This document shows positions 40,736 to 51,357 of a stretch of 64,000 bases of DNA, piece after piece. Within the stretch, counting starts at the first letter, position 1. Each line of letters starts with the position of its first letter. A program made the position numbers and the translations under genes. The notes under the pieces are model-generated. The model was not told the origin of the DNA. It did not search any database and was given only the letters and a program-made list of their open reading frames with translations. Origin of the DNA: Chloroflexota bacterium (GTDB lineage: Bacteria; Chloroflexota; Anaerolineae; Aggregatilineales; Phototrophicaceae); contig JAPOYS010000030.1 in NCBI GenBank assembly GCA_026706455.1, positions 4,860 through 68,859 of the forward strand, written 5' to 3'.

Positions 40736-42121
40736 TTAGCCCCGCCCCTCGCCGACCACATCAATGAACGTGATCATCGCCTGGATTCCTTTGTAAAAGT
40801 TCGCCAGGTAGATATTCTCGTTGGGTCCGTGCGCGCGGCCGCTCTTCAGCCCGTAGCTCATGATCACCACTTCGCGCGCCACCTTGGCGCATTCGACGCA
40901 GATGGGCACGCTGCCGCCGGAACGCTCGTAGACCGGATCGACGCCCCAAGCCTGTCGGTAGGCTTGAGCGGCGGCCGCCATCGCCAAGCCGTCGATATCC
41001 AGCAAGACCGCTTCGGCGCCCGGTTCGCTCGGGCGGACCTCCACTGTGACCGTCTCCGGCGCGATGTCCTGGATGGTTTCAGCCAGGCAATTTAGCACGC
41101 GCGCCGGCTCCTGCTGGGGTACAAGTCGACAGGTGATCTTGGCGAAGGCGCTGGCCGGCAGCACCGTCTTCATGCCAGCGCCGGCATAACCGCCCTGAAT
41201 CCCGTTAATCTCAAGCGTGGGGCGCGCGCCGAGCCGTTCGGGCAAGATGTACTCAGGCTCGCCCCAGACGGCGGGCGCGCTCACCACATCATCCCATTCG
41301 GCTTGCAGGTAAGGCTCGACTCTTTCCAAGAGCGCGCGGTCTTGCGCGGTCACAGCCGCCACATCATCGTAAAAGCCGGGCACAGTCACCGTCCCGTTTT
41401 CGTCGTGCAGTTGCGCGATGATCTCGCACAGCGCCTGGATCGGATTGTGCACCGAGCCGCCCCAATGCCCGCTGTGCAGGTCGCTGATCGGCGCTCGCAC
41501 ATGCAATTCGAGAGCGGCGATCCCGCGCAAGCCATAGGTCAGGCTCGGCTGATCCGGCGCCAATATCGCGCCATCGGAGATCACCGCGATATCGGCCGCC
41601 AGGCGCTCCGGCTCTGAGGCGATGAAGGCATTGATGTTTTCGGAGCCGGATTCCTCTTCGCCCTCCAGCACGACCTTGATGTTGACCTTGGGCTTTTCAT
41701 CGCTGGCCAGCCAGGACTCAACCGCCTTCAGATTCGCCATGACGTGCAGCTTGCTATCGACCGCGCCGCGGCAATAGAGGCGGTCCCCTTTGATGGTGGG
41801 CTCGAAGGGTTCCGTGTGCCAGCCGTCGGCGATCGCGGCCGGCTGCACGTCATAGTGGCAGTAGATGAGCACCGTTGGCGCATCGGCGCCGGCGCCATCC
41901 CATTCGCCTAAGACCAGCGGGCAGCGCCCCTCGGGCATCAAGATCACGTCGGCGCGGCTCATGCCGATCTTGAGCATCATCGCTTGCAGCCACTCGGCGG
42001 CGCGCGCCACGTCTTTCGCGTGCTGCGGCTGTGTGCTGATCGTGCGGATTCGCAGCAATTCCTGATACTCGTCGAGGAATCGATTCTGATTTGCTTCGGC
42101 GTATTCGTATGGGTTGCTCAT
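40736..42121 (-). CDS. M20 family dipeptidase (ArgE/DapE/ACY1 clan)
   Basis: Has VLIYCHYDVQP, RGAVDSK and LEGEEESGS metal ligands. The start MSNPYEY at 42121 is used. Confidence 0.85.
   Translation of the reverse strand: MSNPYEYAEANQNRFLDEYQELLRIRTISTQPQHAKDVARAAEWLQAMMLKIGMSRADVILMPEGRCPLVLGEWDGAGADAPTVLIYCHYDVQPAAIADGWHTEPFEPTIKGDRLYCRGAVDSKLHVMANLKAVESWLASDEKPKVNIKVVLEGEEESGSENINAFIASEPERLAADIAVISDGAILAPDQPSLTYGLRGIAALELHVRAPISDLHSGHWGGSVHNPIQALCEIIAQLHDENGTVTVPGFYDDVAAVTAQDRALLERVEPYLQAEWDDVVSAPAVWGEPEYILPERLGARPTLEINGIQGGYAGAGMKTVLPASAFAKITCRLVPQQEPARVLNCLAETIQDIAPETVTVEVRPSEPGAEAVLLDIDGLAMAAAAQAYRQAWGVDPVYERSGGSVPICVECAKVAREVVIMSYGLKSGRAHGPNENIYLANFYKGIQAMITFIDVVGEGRG
40737..40789. repeat. 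53-bp direct repeat copy 2 (functional 3' end of the M20 peptidase gene)
   Basis: Identical to 39501-39553. Confidence 0.85.
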
Positions 42122-42285
42122 ATCCTGCCCCGTGTATGGTCTGTATTGGTAACCGGTTCCGCGCATGATACACGACGCGCAGACCAATTCGTATCCAATA
42201 GTTGACCGACCTAGTATTATGCGCGATTATGGTCGATACTTGGAACTTCCCCATCGTGTAAACCATCGAGAAACCACTAAACCCT

Positions 42286-43515
42286 ATGTCATTCCACAAG
42301 CTAGAATTGAACAAGGCCTTGCTCCGCGTCGTCAAGCGAGCTGGCTATTCCGAGCCGACGGCAATACAAAAGCGCGCTATCCCTCAGATTCTGAGGGGCT
42401 GTGATTTGATCGGCTGCGCCCAGACCGGCAGCGGCAAAACAGCCGCCTTTGCCCTGCCCATCGTGCAAATGCTGGATCCGGTCGCTGGCCGACGACCCAT
42501 CCGCGCGCTGGTGCTGGCGCCTACGCGAGAACTGGCGGCGCAGATTGATGAAGAATTCGGCAAATTCAGCCGCGGAAGCTCGCTCAGGCGCGTGGCGATT
42601 TTTGGCGGCGTCGGCCAGCAGCCTCAAGTCGATGCGCTGCAGCGCGGCGTCGATATCGTCGTAGCGACGCCGGGCCGTCTGCAAGATCTGATGAATCAGG
42701 GCTTTGTTCGGCTGGACCAAGTTGAGTTCTTCGTGCTGGATGAAGCCGACCGCATGTTGGATATGGGCTTTATCAACGATGTGAAGCGGATTATCGAGCG
42801 CTTGCCCGAGGCGCGCCAGACCATGCTGTTTTCTGCGACGATGCCGCAAGCCGTTCAAGACTTGAGCAAGCGCATCCTGAAAAAACCCGTTAAGGTGGCG
42901 GCGAATCCACAAGCGACAACTGTGGATACTATCGCGCAATCAATCTACTTTGTGGAAAGCGGCGATAAACGCGCGTTGCTGAAGCATATTCTGCGGGATC
43001 CCGCGTCGGAACGCGTACTCGTCTTCACCCGCACGAAGCACCGCGCCAACAACTTGGCCAAACAGTTGAACCGAGCCCGCATCCCGGCTGAAGCGATTCA
43101 CGGAAACAAATCGCAGTCTGCGCGGACGCGCGCGCTGGCGCAATTCAAGTCTGGACGCACGGCCGTCCTCGTGGCGACTGATATCGCCGCGCGAGGACTG
43201 GATATCGATTCCGTGACCCACGTCATCAATTTTGATCTGCCGAATATTCCGGAAAGCTATGTGCATCGCATCGGGCGGACGGCGCGGGCGGGCGCAGCCG
43301 GCATCGCCTATTCCTTTTGCGATGTCTCTGAACGGAAGTACCTGCGCGATATAGAAGCGCTGATCCGCGAACGAATCGCCGTTGTCAGCGAGCATCCCTA
43401 TATGTCAGCGGTTGCAGCGCCGCCAGAGCCCGTCCCGGCGAAAAAACCAGCGCGCGAATCCCATCGGCGGCGGGCGCGCCATTTCAGGGGGCGCCGCCAG
43501 ACACGTTCCGCATAG
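42286..43515 (+). CDS. DEAD-box ATP-dependent RNA helicase (RhlE-like) with basic C-terminal tail
   Basis: Q motif PTAIQ, then AQTGSGKT, DEAD, SAT and HRIGRTARAG. Confidence 0.9.
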   Translation: MSFHKLELNKALLRVVKRAGYSEPTAIQKRAIPQILRGCDLIGCAQTGSGKTAAFALPIVQMLDPVAGRRPIRALVLAPTRELAAQIDEEFGKFSRGSSLRRVAIFGGVGQQPQVDALQRGVDIVVATPGRLQDLMNQGFVRLDQVEFFVLDEADRMLDMGFINDVKRIIERLPEARQTMLFSATMPQAVQDLSKRILKKPVKVAANPQATTVDTIAQSIYFVESGDKRALLKHILRDPASERVLVFTRTKHRANNLAKQLNRARIPAEAIHGNKSQSARTRALAQFKSGRTAVLVATDIAARGLDIDSVTHVINFDLPNIPESYVHRIGRTARAGAAGIAYSFCDVSERKYLRDIEALIRERIAVVSEHPYMSAVAAPPEPVPAKKPARESHRRRARHFRGRRQTRSA

Positions 43516-43632
43516 CGCGCCGCGCTGGATGATGTCGCGCGCATTGGCAAGATCGACCTTGCTGACGGAGATCGTGGGATACGGCTGGCTGCGCGACGAC
43601 CGCCGGAGGCTGGCATAAAAAGGGAGCGTACT

Positions 43633-45030
43633 ATGACAGTCCGGCAAAAGCCCAAAGTGGTCGTCATCGGCGCGGGCAGTCTCTTCTTTGGGCGGCAAGC
43701 CATCTGGCAGATGGTTCACTCGCCGCATCTCAACAGCGGCGCGCTGGCGCTCGTTGACAGCGACGGCGAACGCGCCGAGAAGATGGGACGGCTGGCCGAA
43801 ATGGTTGCCGCCAAGAGCGGCGTCGACTTGCGCATCGAGACGGCTTCCGACTGGCGCGCTGTCCTGCCCGGCGCCGATTTTGTCGTGCTCAGCTTCGCCG
43901 TCGATACGGTGCGCTACCGCGGGCTCGACTGCGCGGTCAGCGAAAAGTATGGTGTGCGCATGTGCAGCGGCGATACGATTGGACCCGGCGGCATCTTCCG
44001 CGCCATGCGCGAACTGCCCATAATCATGGATTGCGTCGCCGATATCGAGCGCCTCTGCCCCGATGCCTGGGTGATCAACTACATCAATCCCAGCGCTGTC
44101 AACGGCATGGCGATCGCCCGTTACGCGCCAGCGCTAAAGAGTTTCGCCCTTTGCGATTCGCTGCACATGCCGCATGTCAAAGCGCGCTACGCCGTCCATG
44201 GGCGCCTCATCGCGGAGGCCGACGAATGGACTGCTGAGCTCGACCGCGACTTGGACCTGCGCATCGCCGGCGTCAATCATTTCACCTGGATGCTGAAAGC
44301 GGAATATCGCGGGCGCGATCTCAGGGCGCCGATCGCGGAATCCTTGCGTCAAGAAGCTGCTTATAGCGGCATGGACGGCGACAAAGGCGCAAAAGCCTTG
44401 CACAACAATGCCATAGCCTGGCAGCTGTATGAGATCTTCGGCTACGTGCCCGTCTGCGTGTCGCATACGAAAGAATACCTTCGCTTTTATCAGGGTCACG
44501 GCTTTCTGCCGGATGAGATACCGCCGCTATCGATTTGGGAAACCGAGCCGCGCTATGAGCGGCACGCTGCCATGTGGCGGCAGGTCGACGCCTTCATCAG
44601 TGGCGAGAGGCCGATCGGCGAGTATATGAAGGCGCTCGGCCCCGACCACGCCACCGATATCATCGAAAACATGGCTGGTCGCTTGGGGCGGCGCTTTTAC
44701 ATCAACACCTACAATCGCGGGGCTGTAAGCAATATGGCTGACGACGCCTTTCTCGAGTTGCTCTGCGATGTGGATATGGACGGACCGCGGCCGCTACCCG
44801 TCGGCGAGATGCCGCGTGGCTTGCGCGGCTTGCAAGAAGTTGTGCTCGATGCGCACGAGCTCACGGCGGAAGCCATTATCAAAGCGGACTACAGTCTGCT
44901 GCGGCGCGCGCTGATGACCGACCCGCTGACCAATTCAATCGCCGATGCCGATGCGATCCTGCGCGAGCTGCTGGCCGCCGAGCGAGCCGCTCTGCCCGAC
45001 CACTGGTATGCCGACGCCCCGGTATTCTGA
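43633..45030 (+). CDS. glycoside hydrolase family 4 (NAD/Mn-dependent glycosidase)
   Basis: VVVIGAGSLFFG Rossmann N-terminus and the NYINP, CDS.H and GVNHF motifs. Confidence 0.8.
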   Translation: MTVRQKPKVVVIGAGSLFFGRQAIWQMVHSPHLNSGALALVDSDGERAEKMGRLAEMVAAKSGVDLRIETASDWRAVLPGADFVVLSFAVDTVRYRGLDCAVSEKYGVRMCSGDTIGPGGIFRAMRELPIIMDCVADIERLCPDAWVINYINPSAVNGMAIARYAPALKSFALCDSLHMPHVKARYAVHGRLIAEADEWTAELDRDLDLRIAGVNHFTWMLKAEYRGRDLRAPIAESLRQEAAYSGMDGDKGAKALHNNAIAWQLYEIFGYVPVCVSHTKEYLRFYQGHGFLPDEIPPLSIWETEPRYERHAAMWRQVDAFISGERPIGEYMKALGPDHATDIIENMAGRLGRRFYINTYNRGAVSNMADDAFLELLCDVDMDGPRPLPVGEMPRGLRGLQEVVLDAHELTAEAIIKADYSLLRRALMTDPLTNSIADADAILRELLAAERAALPDHWYADAPVF

Positions 45031-45040
45031 GGCAGAATGC

Positions 45041-46051
45041 CTAATACAGATCCGGTCGCTCGCCCGCGCGAACCGGCTGCGGAACGCCCGTCTGTGAGGA
45101 ACGAATGGCGGCTTCGGCGGCAAGCAGCGACATGTAACCGTCCCAAGCGGAGGGTCCGGCCGCCTCGCCTCGTCGAATGTGGTCAATCCAGTCTTGCGCT
45201 TCATCAATATAGGCTTGCGCGAATCGTTCAGGCCAGTTCGGCGTGATCGCCTGCGAGACCGCGTCCGCGCGGCGCAGCGCCGGGCTGGGATGCGCCGCTG
45301 TCGTAATCATGCCCTTTTCGCCCGTGACTTCGACCGTCACTTCGTAGCCGTAACCGGAATCGCCATTGTATTCGAGGCTGCCGATCGCGCCGCCAGCGAA
45401 GGCAACCTGCAGATCAGCCAGGCGGGCGCTTCGCGGCTGCGCCGGATTGGACGGCAGCCATTGCACGAATGCGCGGCTGATCTCGGCGCCCATGATCCAG
45501 CGCGCTGAGTGAATATCGTGGATCAGCGAATTCGTGATAACCGAGTCAATCGTCAGCTCGCGGTGGAAAACGGGATTGATGTGCGCGCTGCGGAATTTGA
45601 GCGCCGCGCCGATAGCCCCGCTTTGCAGCAGGTCAAGCAAGTCTCTGTGCGCTCGGTCGTATTCGCGCATGAAGCCGACCTGCGCGAGCCGCCGGCCAAG
45701 GCCTAGTTCCGCCTTGACAATCCGCTCGGCGTCGGCCGCGCTGGTCGCCAGCGGCTTTTCACAGAGCACCGGCTTGCCCGCCTCAATGCAAGCAAGCGCG
45801 AAGTTGGCATGGGTCACATCGGGCGCGGCGATAAGAATCGCGTCGACATCGGGGTCGGCAATCAGGTCGCTAGCGTCGGCATAAACGCGCGCGCCATCAC
45901 AGGCGGCCGCAACGGCGCTCGCCTTTTGCGCGTCAATATCCATGACTGCGACCACAGTGGCGCTCATGGTGCGCCGCATCAGATTGTCGGCGTGCAGGCT
46001 GCCTATCGCGCCTGTCCCGATGATACCGACCTTTATGCATTCCCTTGCCAT
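45041..46051 (-). CDS. Gfo/Idh/MocA family oxidoreductase (inositol dehydrogenase-like)
   Basis: KVGIIGTGAIGS and EKPLA motifs. The start MARECIK at 46051 is used. Confidence 0.8.
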   Translation of the reverse strand: MARECIKVGIIGTGAIGSLHADNLMRRTMSATVVAVMDIDAQKASAVAAACDGARVYADASDLIADPDVDAILIAAPDVTHANFALACIEAGKPVLCEKPLATSAADAERIVKAELGLGRRLAQVGFMREYDRAHRDLLDLLQSGAIGAALKFRSAHINPVFHRELTIDSVITNSLIHDIHSARWIMGAEISRAFVQWLPSNPAQPRSARLADLQVAFAGGAIGSLEYNGDSGYGYEVTVEVTGEKGMITTAAHPSPALRRADAVSQAITPNWPERFAQAYIDEAQDWIDHIRRGEAAGPSAWDGYMSLLAAEAAIRSSQTGVPQPVRAGERPDLY

Positions 46052-46228
46052 CCCGTCTGTCCTTTCTTGATACAGATCTTCGCGCGCAGGCTGTGCGTCA
46101 GAGAATTGTAACGGCATTAGACCTGGAAACAAATTGGCAGGGCGCGCTCGCTTGCTTGACAGCCCCCAGCGCAACTCTTATGATTGGGCGCGTTCTTATC
46201 CACGATCCAGCCCGAAGGTCTAGCGTCC

Positions 46229-48319
46229 ATGACAGCGCCGCCCATCTTGTTGACAGTTGATATCGGCGGCACCTTCACCGACATTGTCGCCCTGGACTCT
46301 GTAAGCGGAACCATCACCGTCGAAAAGCTGCTGACGACCTATCCCGATCCATCAGGGGCGGTGCTGGCTGGCGTAGCGAACCTGCTGGAAAATGCGCGGC
46401 TCGCGCCCGCGTCCATCCGTTACGTCGTGCATGGCACGACCTTGATCACCAATACCCTGATCGAACGCAAGGGCGCCAAGACGGCGCTGCTGACGACGGC
46501 CGGCTTTCGCGACGCGGTCGAGATCGGCAATGAAGGGCGCTACGATATGTACGATCTGGCGCTGAAGAAGCCAGCGCCTTTGGTTGAGCGGCGCTTGCGC
46601 TTTGACGTGCCCGAACGAATACTGGCTGATGGACGCGTCCGGCAAGCGCTTGATGAGGCTTGCTTGCGTGAAATCTGCGCGGCGCTGCGTGCTGAAACCA
46701 TCGAAGCGGTCGCCATCTGCTTCCTGCACGCCTACACCAACCCGGCGCATGAACTGGCGGCGCTGGAAATCGCGCGCGACGAGCTGCCTGCTGTCTCGCT
46801 ATCGGCGTCGCATCAAGTGGCGCCCGGCATGCGCGAATATCCGCGCGCTTCCACGACCAGCGCCAACGCTTACGTCCAGCCCGCCGCCGAGCGTTATTTG
46901 GAGCGGGTCGCGTCTGGCTTGGGCGCCAGCGGCATCCGCGCGCCATTGAACATCATGCTTAGCAGCGGCGGCACGACCACGGTGGCGGCGGCGCGCGCTT
47001 TCCCCGTCCGGCTGGTTGAGAGCGGTCCGGCCGGCGGCGCGCTGGCTGGCGTCTATTGGGGGCGGCTCTTGGGGCGTTCCGATGTGCTCGCCTTCGATAT
47101 GGGCGGGACGACAGCGAAAGCGGCTTTGACCCGCGCCGGCGACCTGGCCATCAGTCATCAATCGGAAGTGGCGCATGCGCATCGCTTCAAGCGAGGCAGC
47201 GGACTGCCACTGATGACGCCGATGATCGAGATGATTGAAATTGGCGCTGGCGGCGGCAGCATCGCCCGCTTGAATCCACTCGGCTTGCCCGCGGTCGGTC
47301 CCCAAAGCGCTGGCTCGGCGCCGGGTCCAGCCGCCTATGGGCTCGGCGGGCGCGAACCAACGGTCACCGATGCCGATCTGCTTCTTGGTTATCTCAACCC
47401 CGATTATTTCGCCGGCGGCAGCATCCGGCTCAATGTCGAGAAGGCGCGCGCTTCATTCGCCGGGCTGGCGGCGGCGCTCAACCTCACACTCGATAGAATG
47501 GCTTGGGGCGTGCATCAGTTGGTGAATGAGAACATGGCGGCGGCCGCGCGCGTCCACGCCGCTGAACGCGGGCTCGAGATCCGCCGCTACTGCATGGTGG
47601 CTACGGGCGGCGCCGGACCCGTGCACGCCTGCGGGGTGGCGCAGGGCTTGGGCATCCGCGAGATCATCATCCCGCCGCTGGCCGGCGTCGGCTCCGCCTT
47701 TGGATTTCTGACCGCGCCCATCGCCTTTGACTTCACCCGCAGTTATGTCGCCAAGTTACGCGAATTGGACGTAGCCGAAGTCAATGCCATTCTGCGTGAA
47801 TTGGAGCGCGAGGGCCGGCGCATCGTCGAGGCGGCTGGCGTGCCGGCGCCCGACATCTCAGCAAGTCTCAACATCGATATGCGCTATGTGGGGCAGGGCT
47901 ACGAGGTGCGCGTGCCCTTCCCGCTGGAAACGCTGACAAAAGATCACATTGCCAAAATGCAGCAGGTCTTTGAGGACGAGTATCGCGCGTTCTACGGAAA
48001 GTTGGCTGATGGCGTGCCAATTGAAGCCGTCAATTGGCGCGTGCTGATCAGTGGACCCAAGCCAACCATTGAAATCGCTGCGCCTGAAGCGCCAGCCGGG
48101 GATGGCGCGCCGTATGCCTGCCGACCCGTACGCTTGGCGCCCGATCAAGCGCCGCAGGTGACGCCGGTCTATCGCCGCGAGCAGCTCGCGCAGGGTTGGT
48201 CGGCGGAGGGTCCGCTCATCATCGAAGAGGCGGCGTCGACTACGGTCGTCACCCCCGGCTGGTCGGCGCGGATGGCGGCCGGCGGCTGCCTGCTGTTGAA
48301 GCGAGGGGAGCTTGCATGA
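46229..48319 (+). CDS. hyuA: hydantoinase/oxoprolinase family protein, A subunit
   Basis: LLTVDIGGTFTD, FDMGGTTAK and ATGGAGP are the ASKHA-fold motifs of HyuA. Confidence 0.85.
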   Translation: MTAPPILLTVDIGGTFTDIVALDSVSGTITVEKLLTTYPDPSGAVLAGVANLLENARLAPASIRYVVHGTTLITNTLIERKGAKTALLTTAGFRDAVEIGNEGRYDMYDLALKKPAPLVERRLRFDVPERILADGRVRQALDEACLREICAALRAETIEAVAICFLHAYTNPAHELAALEIARDELPAVSLSASHQVAPGMREYPRASTTSANAYVQPAAERYLERVASGLGASGIRAPLNIMLSSGGTTTVAAARAFPVRLVESGPAGGALAGVYWGRLLGRSDVLAFDMGGTTAKAALTRAGDLAISHQSEVAHAHRFKRGSGLPLMTPMIEMIEIGAGGGSIARLNPLGLPAVGPQSAGSAPGPAAYGLGGREPTVTDADLLLGYLNPDYFAGGSIRLNVEKARASFAGLAAALNLTLDRMAWGVHQLVNENMAAAARVHAAERGLEIRRYCMVATGGAGPVHACGVAQGLGIREIIIPPLAGVGSAFGFLTAPIAFDFTRSYVAKLRELDVAEVNAILRELEREGRRIVEAAGVPAPDISASLNIDMRYVGQGYEVRVPFPLETLTKDHIAKMQQVFEDEYRAFYGKLADGVPIEAVNWRVLISGPKPTIEIAAPEAPAGDGAPYACRPVRLAPDQAPQVTPVYRREQLAQGWSAEGPLIIEEAASTTVVTPGWSARMAAGGCLLLKRGELA

Positions 48320-50073
48320 TCGACCCCATCACGCTGGAAGTGATTTGGCGCCGTCTAATTTCGGTCGTCGATGAACAGGCGGCCGCGCTGATTCACTCGT
48401 CCTTCACGACGGTCGTGCGCGAGGCGGGCGATCTCTCGGCTGGCGTCTTTGACCGCAGCGGCAATATGATCGCCCAATCGGTCACCGGGACGCCGGGCCA
48501 TATCAATACAATGGCGAATTGCGTGCGCAGATTCGTCGTGCCCAAGTATCCCATCGATAGCCTGGAACCCGGCGACACGCTGATCACCAACGATCCCTGG
48601 GAAGCGTCTGGGCATCTCTTCGACTTGACCATCGTCTCGCCGGTCTTCTATCGCGGGCGCGGCGTCGCCTATTTCGCCAACACCTGCCACGCCGTCGATA
48701 TCGGCGGCGCGACCATGGGCGGCGACGCTCGCTCGCTCTACGAAGAGGGGCTGGCGATCCCGCTGATGAAGCTCTTCAAAGCGGGCGAGGCGAACAGCGC
48801 ACTCTTCGATATCATCCGCGCCAACGTTCGCGTGCCCGATCAAGTGATCGGCGATATCTACGCGCAGGAAGTCGGCAATCAGGTCGGCGCGCGCAAACTG
48901 ATCGAAATGCTGGACGAATACGACCTGCCCGATATCGAGGAGGTCTCGGCGCAGATCCTGGACCGCACGGAGATTGCGCTGCGGGCCGCGATAGGCGCGC
49001 TGCCCGATGGCCGCTACACAAACACGATCATGATCGACGGTTTCGATGAGCCGCTGACGATCGCCTGCGCCATCACCGTCGCCGGCGACAATCTGACTGT
49101 TGACTACGAGGGTTCGTCGCCGCAAGTCGACCGCGGCATCAATGTCGTGCTGAACTATACGCATGCCTACACCACCTACACGTTGATGGCGGCGCTGGCG
49201 CCCGGCATCCCCAACAACGAAGGCGCTTTCCGACCGATTGAGGTGCGCGCGCCGCTCGGCTCCATTCTCAACTGCAGGCGACCGGCGCCGGTCAGCGCTC
49301 GCCACCTGATCGGGCATTTCGTCAGTCAGCCGCTTCTGACCGCGCTGGCTGAGATCGTGCCCGGGCAGGTGATCGCCAATGGCTCGGCAGGCTTGTGGAA
49401 TACGATGATGGACGGCATAGATGCGCATGGAAATGAATTCGCCTATATCTTTTTCTCAGCTGGCGGCATGGGCGCGGCGCAGGACCGCGACGGGCTATCG
49501 GCGACCGCCTTCCCCAGCGGCATCATGGGTGTGCCAGTCGAAGCGATTGAGACGGCCGCGCCCCTGCTCATGCATCGCCGCGAATTGCGGCCCGATTCCG
49601 GCGGTCCCGGTCGCTTTCGAGGCGGCTTGGGCCAGGTGATGGAGTTGGAGATCATCACCGGCCGAAGCGCGAACCACTCCTGCATGTACGACCGCACCGA
49701 GAACCCGGCGCTGGGCTTGCTCGGCGGGGCGCCGGGCGCGGCCGGCGATCTGCGGCTTTCCGATGGCGGGCGCCCGCATCCCAAGAGCCATTATGTTTTG
49801 CAGCCGGGGCAGCGCGTGATCCTGGAACTGCCGGGTGGCGGGGGCTTCGGTCCGCCTCTTGAGCGCGATCCCGCGCGCGTCCTGGCTGATGCGCGCGCCG
49901 GCTATGTGTCGCTTGCGGCGGCTGAACGCGATTATGGCCTGGCGATTGACCCGGCGACGATGTCCATCGACGCGGTGGCGACAGCCGCTCGGCGGCAGCG
50001 ACAAGAATCGGCGGCGCCAACGCAAAAGAAGGAGCCCTCTCCATCGCGCGATCATGGGGCTCATTCAGAATAG
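48316..50073 (+). CDS. hyuB: hydantoinase B/oxoprolinase family protein, B subunit
   Basis: MIDPITLEVIWRRL...TNDPW...GGGGFG. An ATGA overlap with hyuA indicates translational coupling. Confidence 0.85.
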   Translation: MIDPITLEVIWRRLISVVDEQAAALIHSSFTTVVREAGDLSAGVFDRSGNMIAQSVTGTPGHINTMANCVRRFVVPKYPIDSLEPGDTLITNDPWEASGHLFDLTIVSPVFYRGRGVAYFANTCHAVDIGGATMGGDARSLYEEGLAIPLMKLFKAGEANSALFDIIRANVRVPDQVIGDIYAQEVGNQVGARKLIEMLDEYDLPDIEEVSAQILDRTEIALRAAIGALPDGRYTNTIMIDGFDEPLTIACAITVAGDNLTVDYEGSSPQVDRGINVVLNYTHAYTTYTLMAALAPGIPNNEGAFRPIEVRAPLGSILNCRRPAPVSARHLIGHFVSQPLLTALAEIVPGQVIANGSAGLWNTMMDGIDAHGNEFAYIFFSAGGMGAAQDRDGLSATAFPSGIMGVPVEAIETAAPLLMHRRELRPDSGGPGRFRGGLGQVMELEIITGRSANHSCMYDRTENPALGLLGGAPGAAGDLRLSDGGRPHPKSHYVLQPGQRVILELPGGGGFGPPLERDPARVLADARAGYVSLAAAERDYGLAIDPATMSIDAVATAARRQRQESAAPTQKKEPSPSRDHGAHSE

Positions 50074-50098
50074 TGGCGCTGCGAAAGGAGCGGAGGGC

Positions 50099-51286
50099 AT
50101 GAGGGCGGAACGTTACGATGTGATTGTGGTTGGCTTGGGCGCGATGGGCGCGGCCGCGCTCTATCAAGCGAGCAAGCGCGGGGCGCGCGTCCTCGGCATC
50201 GATCGCTACGAGCCGCCGCATACGCTGGGCTCCAGCCACGGCGATACGCGCATCACGCGAGAAGCCATCGGCGAGGGCGACTTCTATGTGCCGCTCGTTC
50301 AGCGCTCGAATGCGATTTGGCGCGAGCTCGAGGCGCAAAGCGGGCGGACGCTCTTTCACCGCAGCGGCGGCCTAATCATCGCGCCGCCCGGCGACAGCGC
50401 CAGTTTTCATGGCGAAGGCGATTTTGTCGCAGCGTCCGAGCGCGTGGCGGCTGGGCACGACATCGCGCACGAGGTCATCGACGCCGATGAAATTAAACGG
50501 CGGCATCCGCTGCTGAAACCGCGCGAGTGCGACCGCGCTTACTACGAGCCAGGCGCCGGCCTCCTGCGCCCCGAACGCTGCATTGAGGCGCAGCTCGAAC
50601 TGGCGCGCCAAGGCGGCGCGACCATTCAAACGGGGGAACGCGCAATCGGTTATGAAGCGCGGACTGACGGCGTCACGGTGACAACTGAGCGGGACCGCTA
50701 CCAAGCCGACGGACTGATCCTGGCGGCGGGCGCCTGGATGGTGGATCTGGCGCCAGCCGCTGCCCGCGCCGGGCTGAGGGTCTGCCGTCAAGTCATTCAT
50801 TGGTTCGAGGCGGAAGATATTCGCCAGTTTGACCCGCAAGTATTCCCCTGGGTTATCTGGATCGGGGATACGCTAGCGGACTTCTGGAGCGTCTTTCCGG
50901 CGCCGCCCGCCGGCGTGAACGGCGTTAAACTGGTGACCGAGCAGTATCATAGGTCGACGCATCCAGATAGCGTCAGCCGTGAGGTCACCGCCGCAGAATA
51001 CGACGATATGTATTATCGCTTGACGCTGCCGCGCCTGGATGGCTTGCGAAACAAACCGATCCGCGCTGAGGTCTGCTTGTACACGGTCACGCCCGACGAG
51101 CATTTCGCCATCGACTTTCATCCGGAGTCGGAGCGCGTCGTGATCGCCTCGCCCTGCTCGGGGCACGGCTTCAAGCATTCGGCGGCTGTCGGCGAGGCGC
51201 TGGCGGGGATGGCGCTGGACGGCGAAAGCGAATTCGACAGTTCGGCTTTTAGCTTGGCGCGTCTTGCCGGGTCAGCCACCGACTGA
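50099..51286 (+). CDS. FAD-dependent N-methyl amino acid oxidase (monomeric sarcosine oxidase / MTOX-like)
   Basis: YDVIVVGLGAMGAAA dinucleotide fold and the C-terminal SPCSGHGFKH with the flavin-attachment-type Cys. Confidence 0.8.
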   Translation: MRAERYDVIVVGLGAMGAAALYQASKRGARVLGIDRYEPPHTLGSSHGDTRITREAIGEGDFYVPLVQRSNAIWRELEAQSGRTLFHRSGGLIIAPPGDSASFHGEGDFVAASERVAAGHDIAHEVIDADEIKRRHPLLKPRECDRAYYEPGAGLLRPERCIEAQLELARQGGATIQTGERAIGYEARTDGVTVTTERDRYQADGLILAAGAWMVDLAPAAARAGLRVCRQVIHWFEAEDIRQFDPQVFPWVIWIGDTLADFWSVFPAPPAGVNGVKLVTEQYHRSTHPDSVSREVTAAEYDDMYYRLTLPRLDGLRNKPIRAEVCLYTVTPDEHFAIDFHPESERVVIASPCSGHGFKHSAAVGEALAGMALDGESEFDSSAFSLARLAGSATD

Positions 51287-51314
51287 CCCGTATACACCTG
51301 TCCTGATGTGAAAG

Positions 51315-51343
51315 TGTAGGGGCGGGCTATCAGGTCGCCCGCC
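51315..51343. repeat. REP-like GC hairpin
   Basis: TGTAGGGGCGGGCTATCAGGTCGCCCGCC. Confidence 0.6.
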
Positions 51344-51357
51344 GCAAAAATGCGCGA

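Noticed and set aside
49835-50098. An N-terminal extension of the FAD oxidase ORF (track start 49835).
   Set aside because: It overlaps the hyuB 3' end. The dinucleotide-binding fold begins right after the ATG at 50099.
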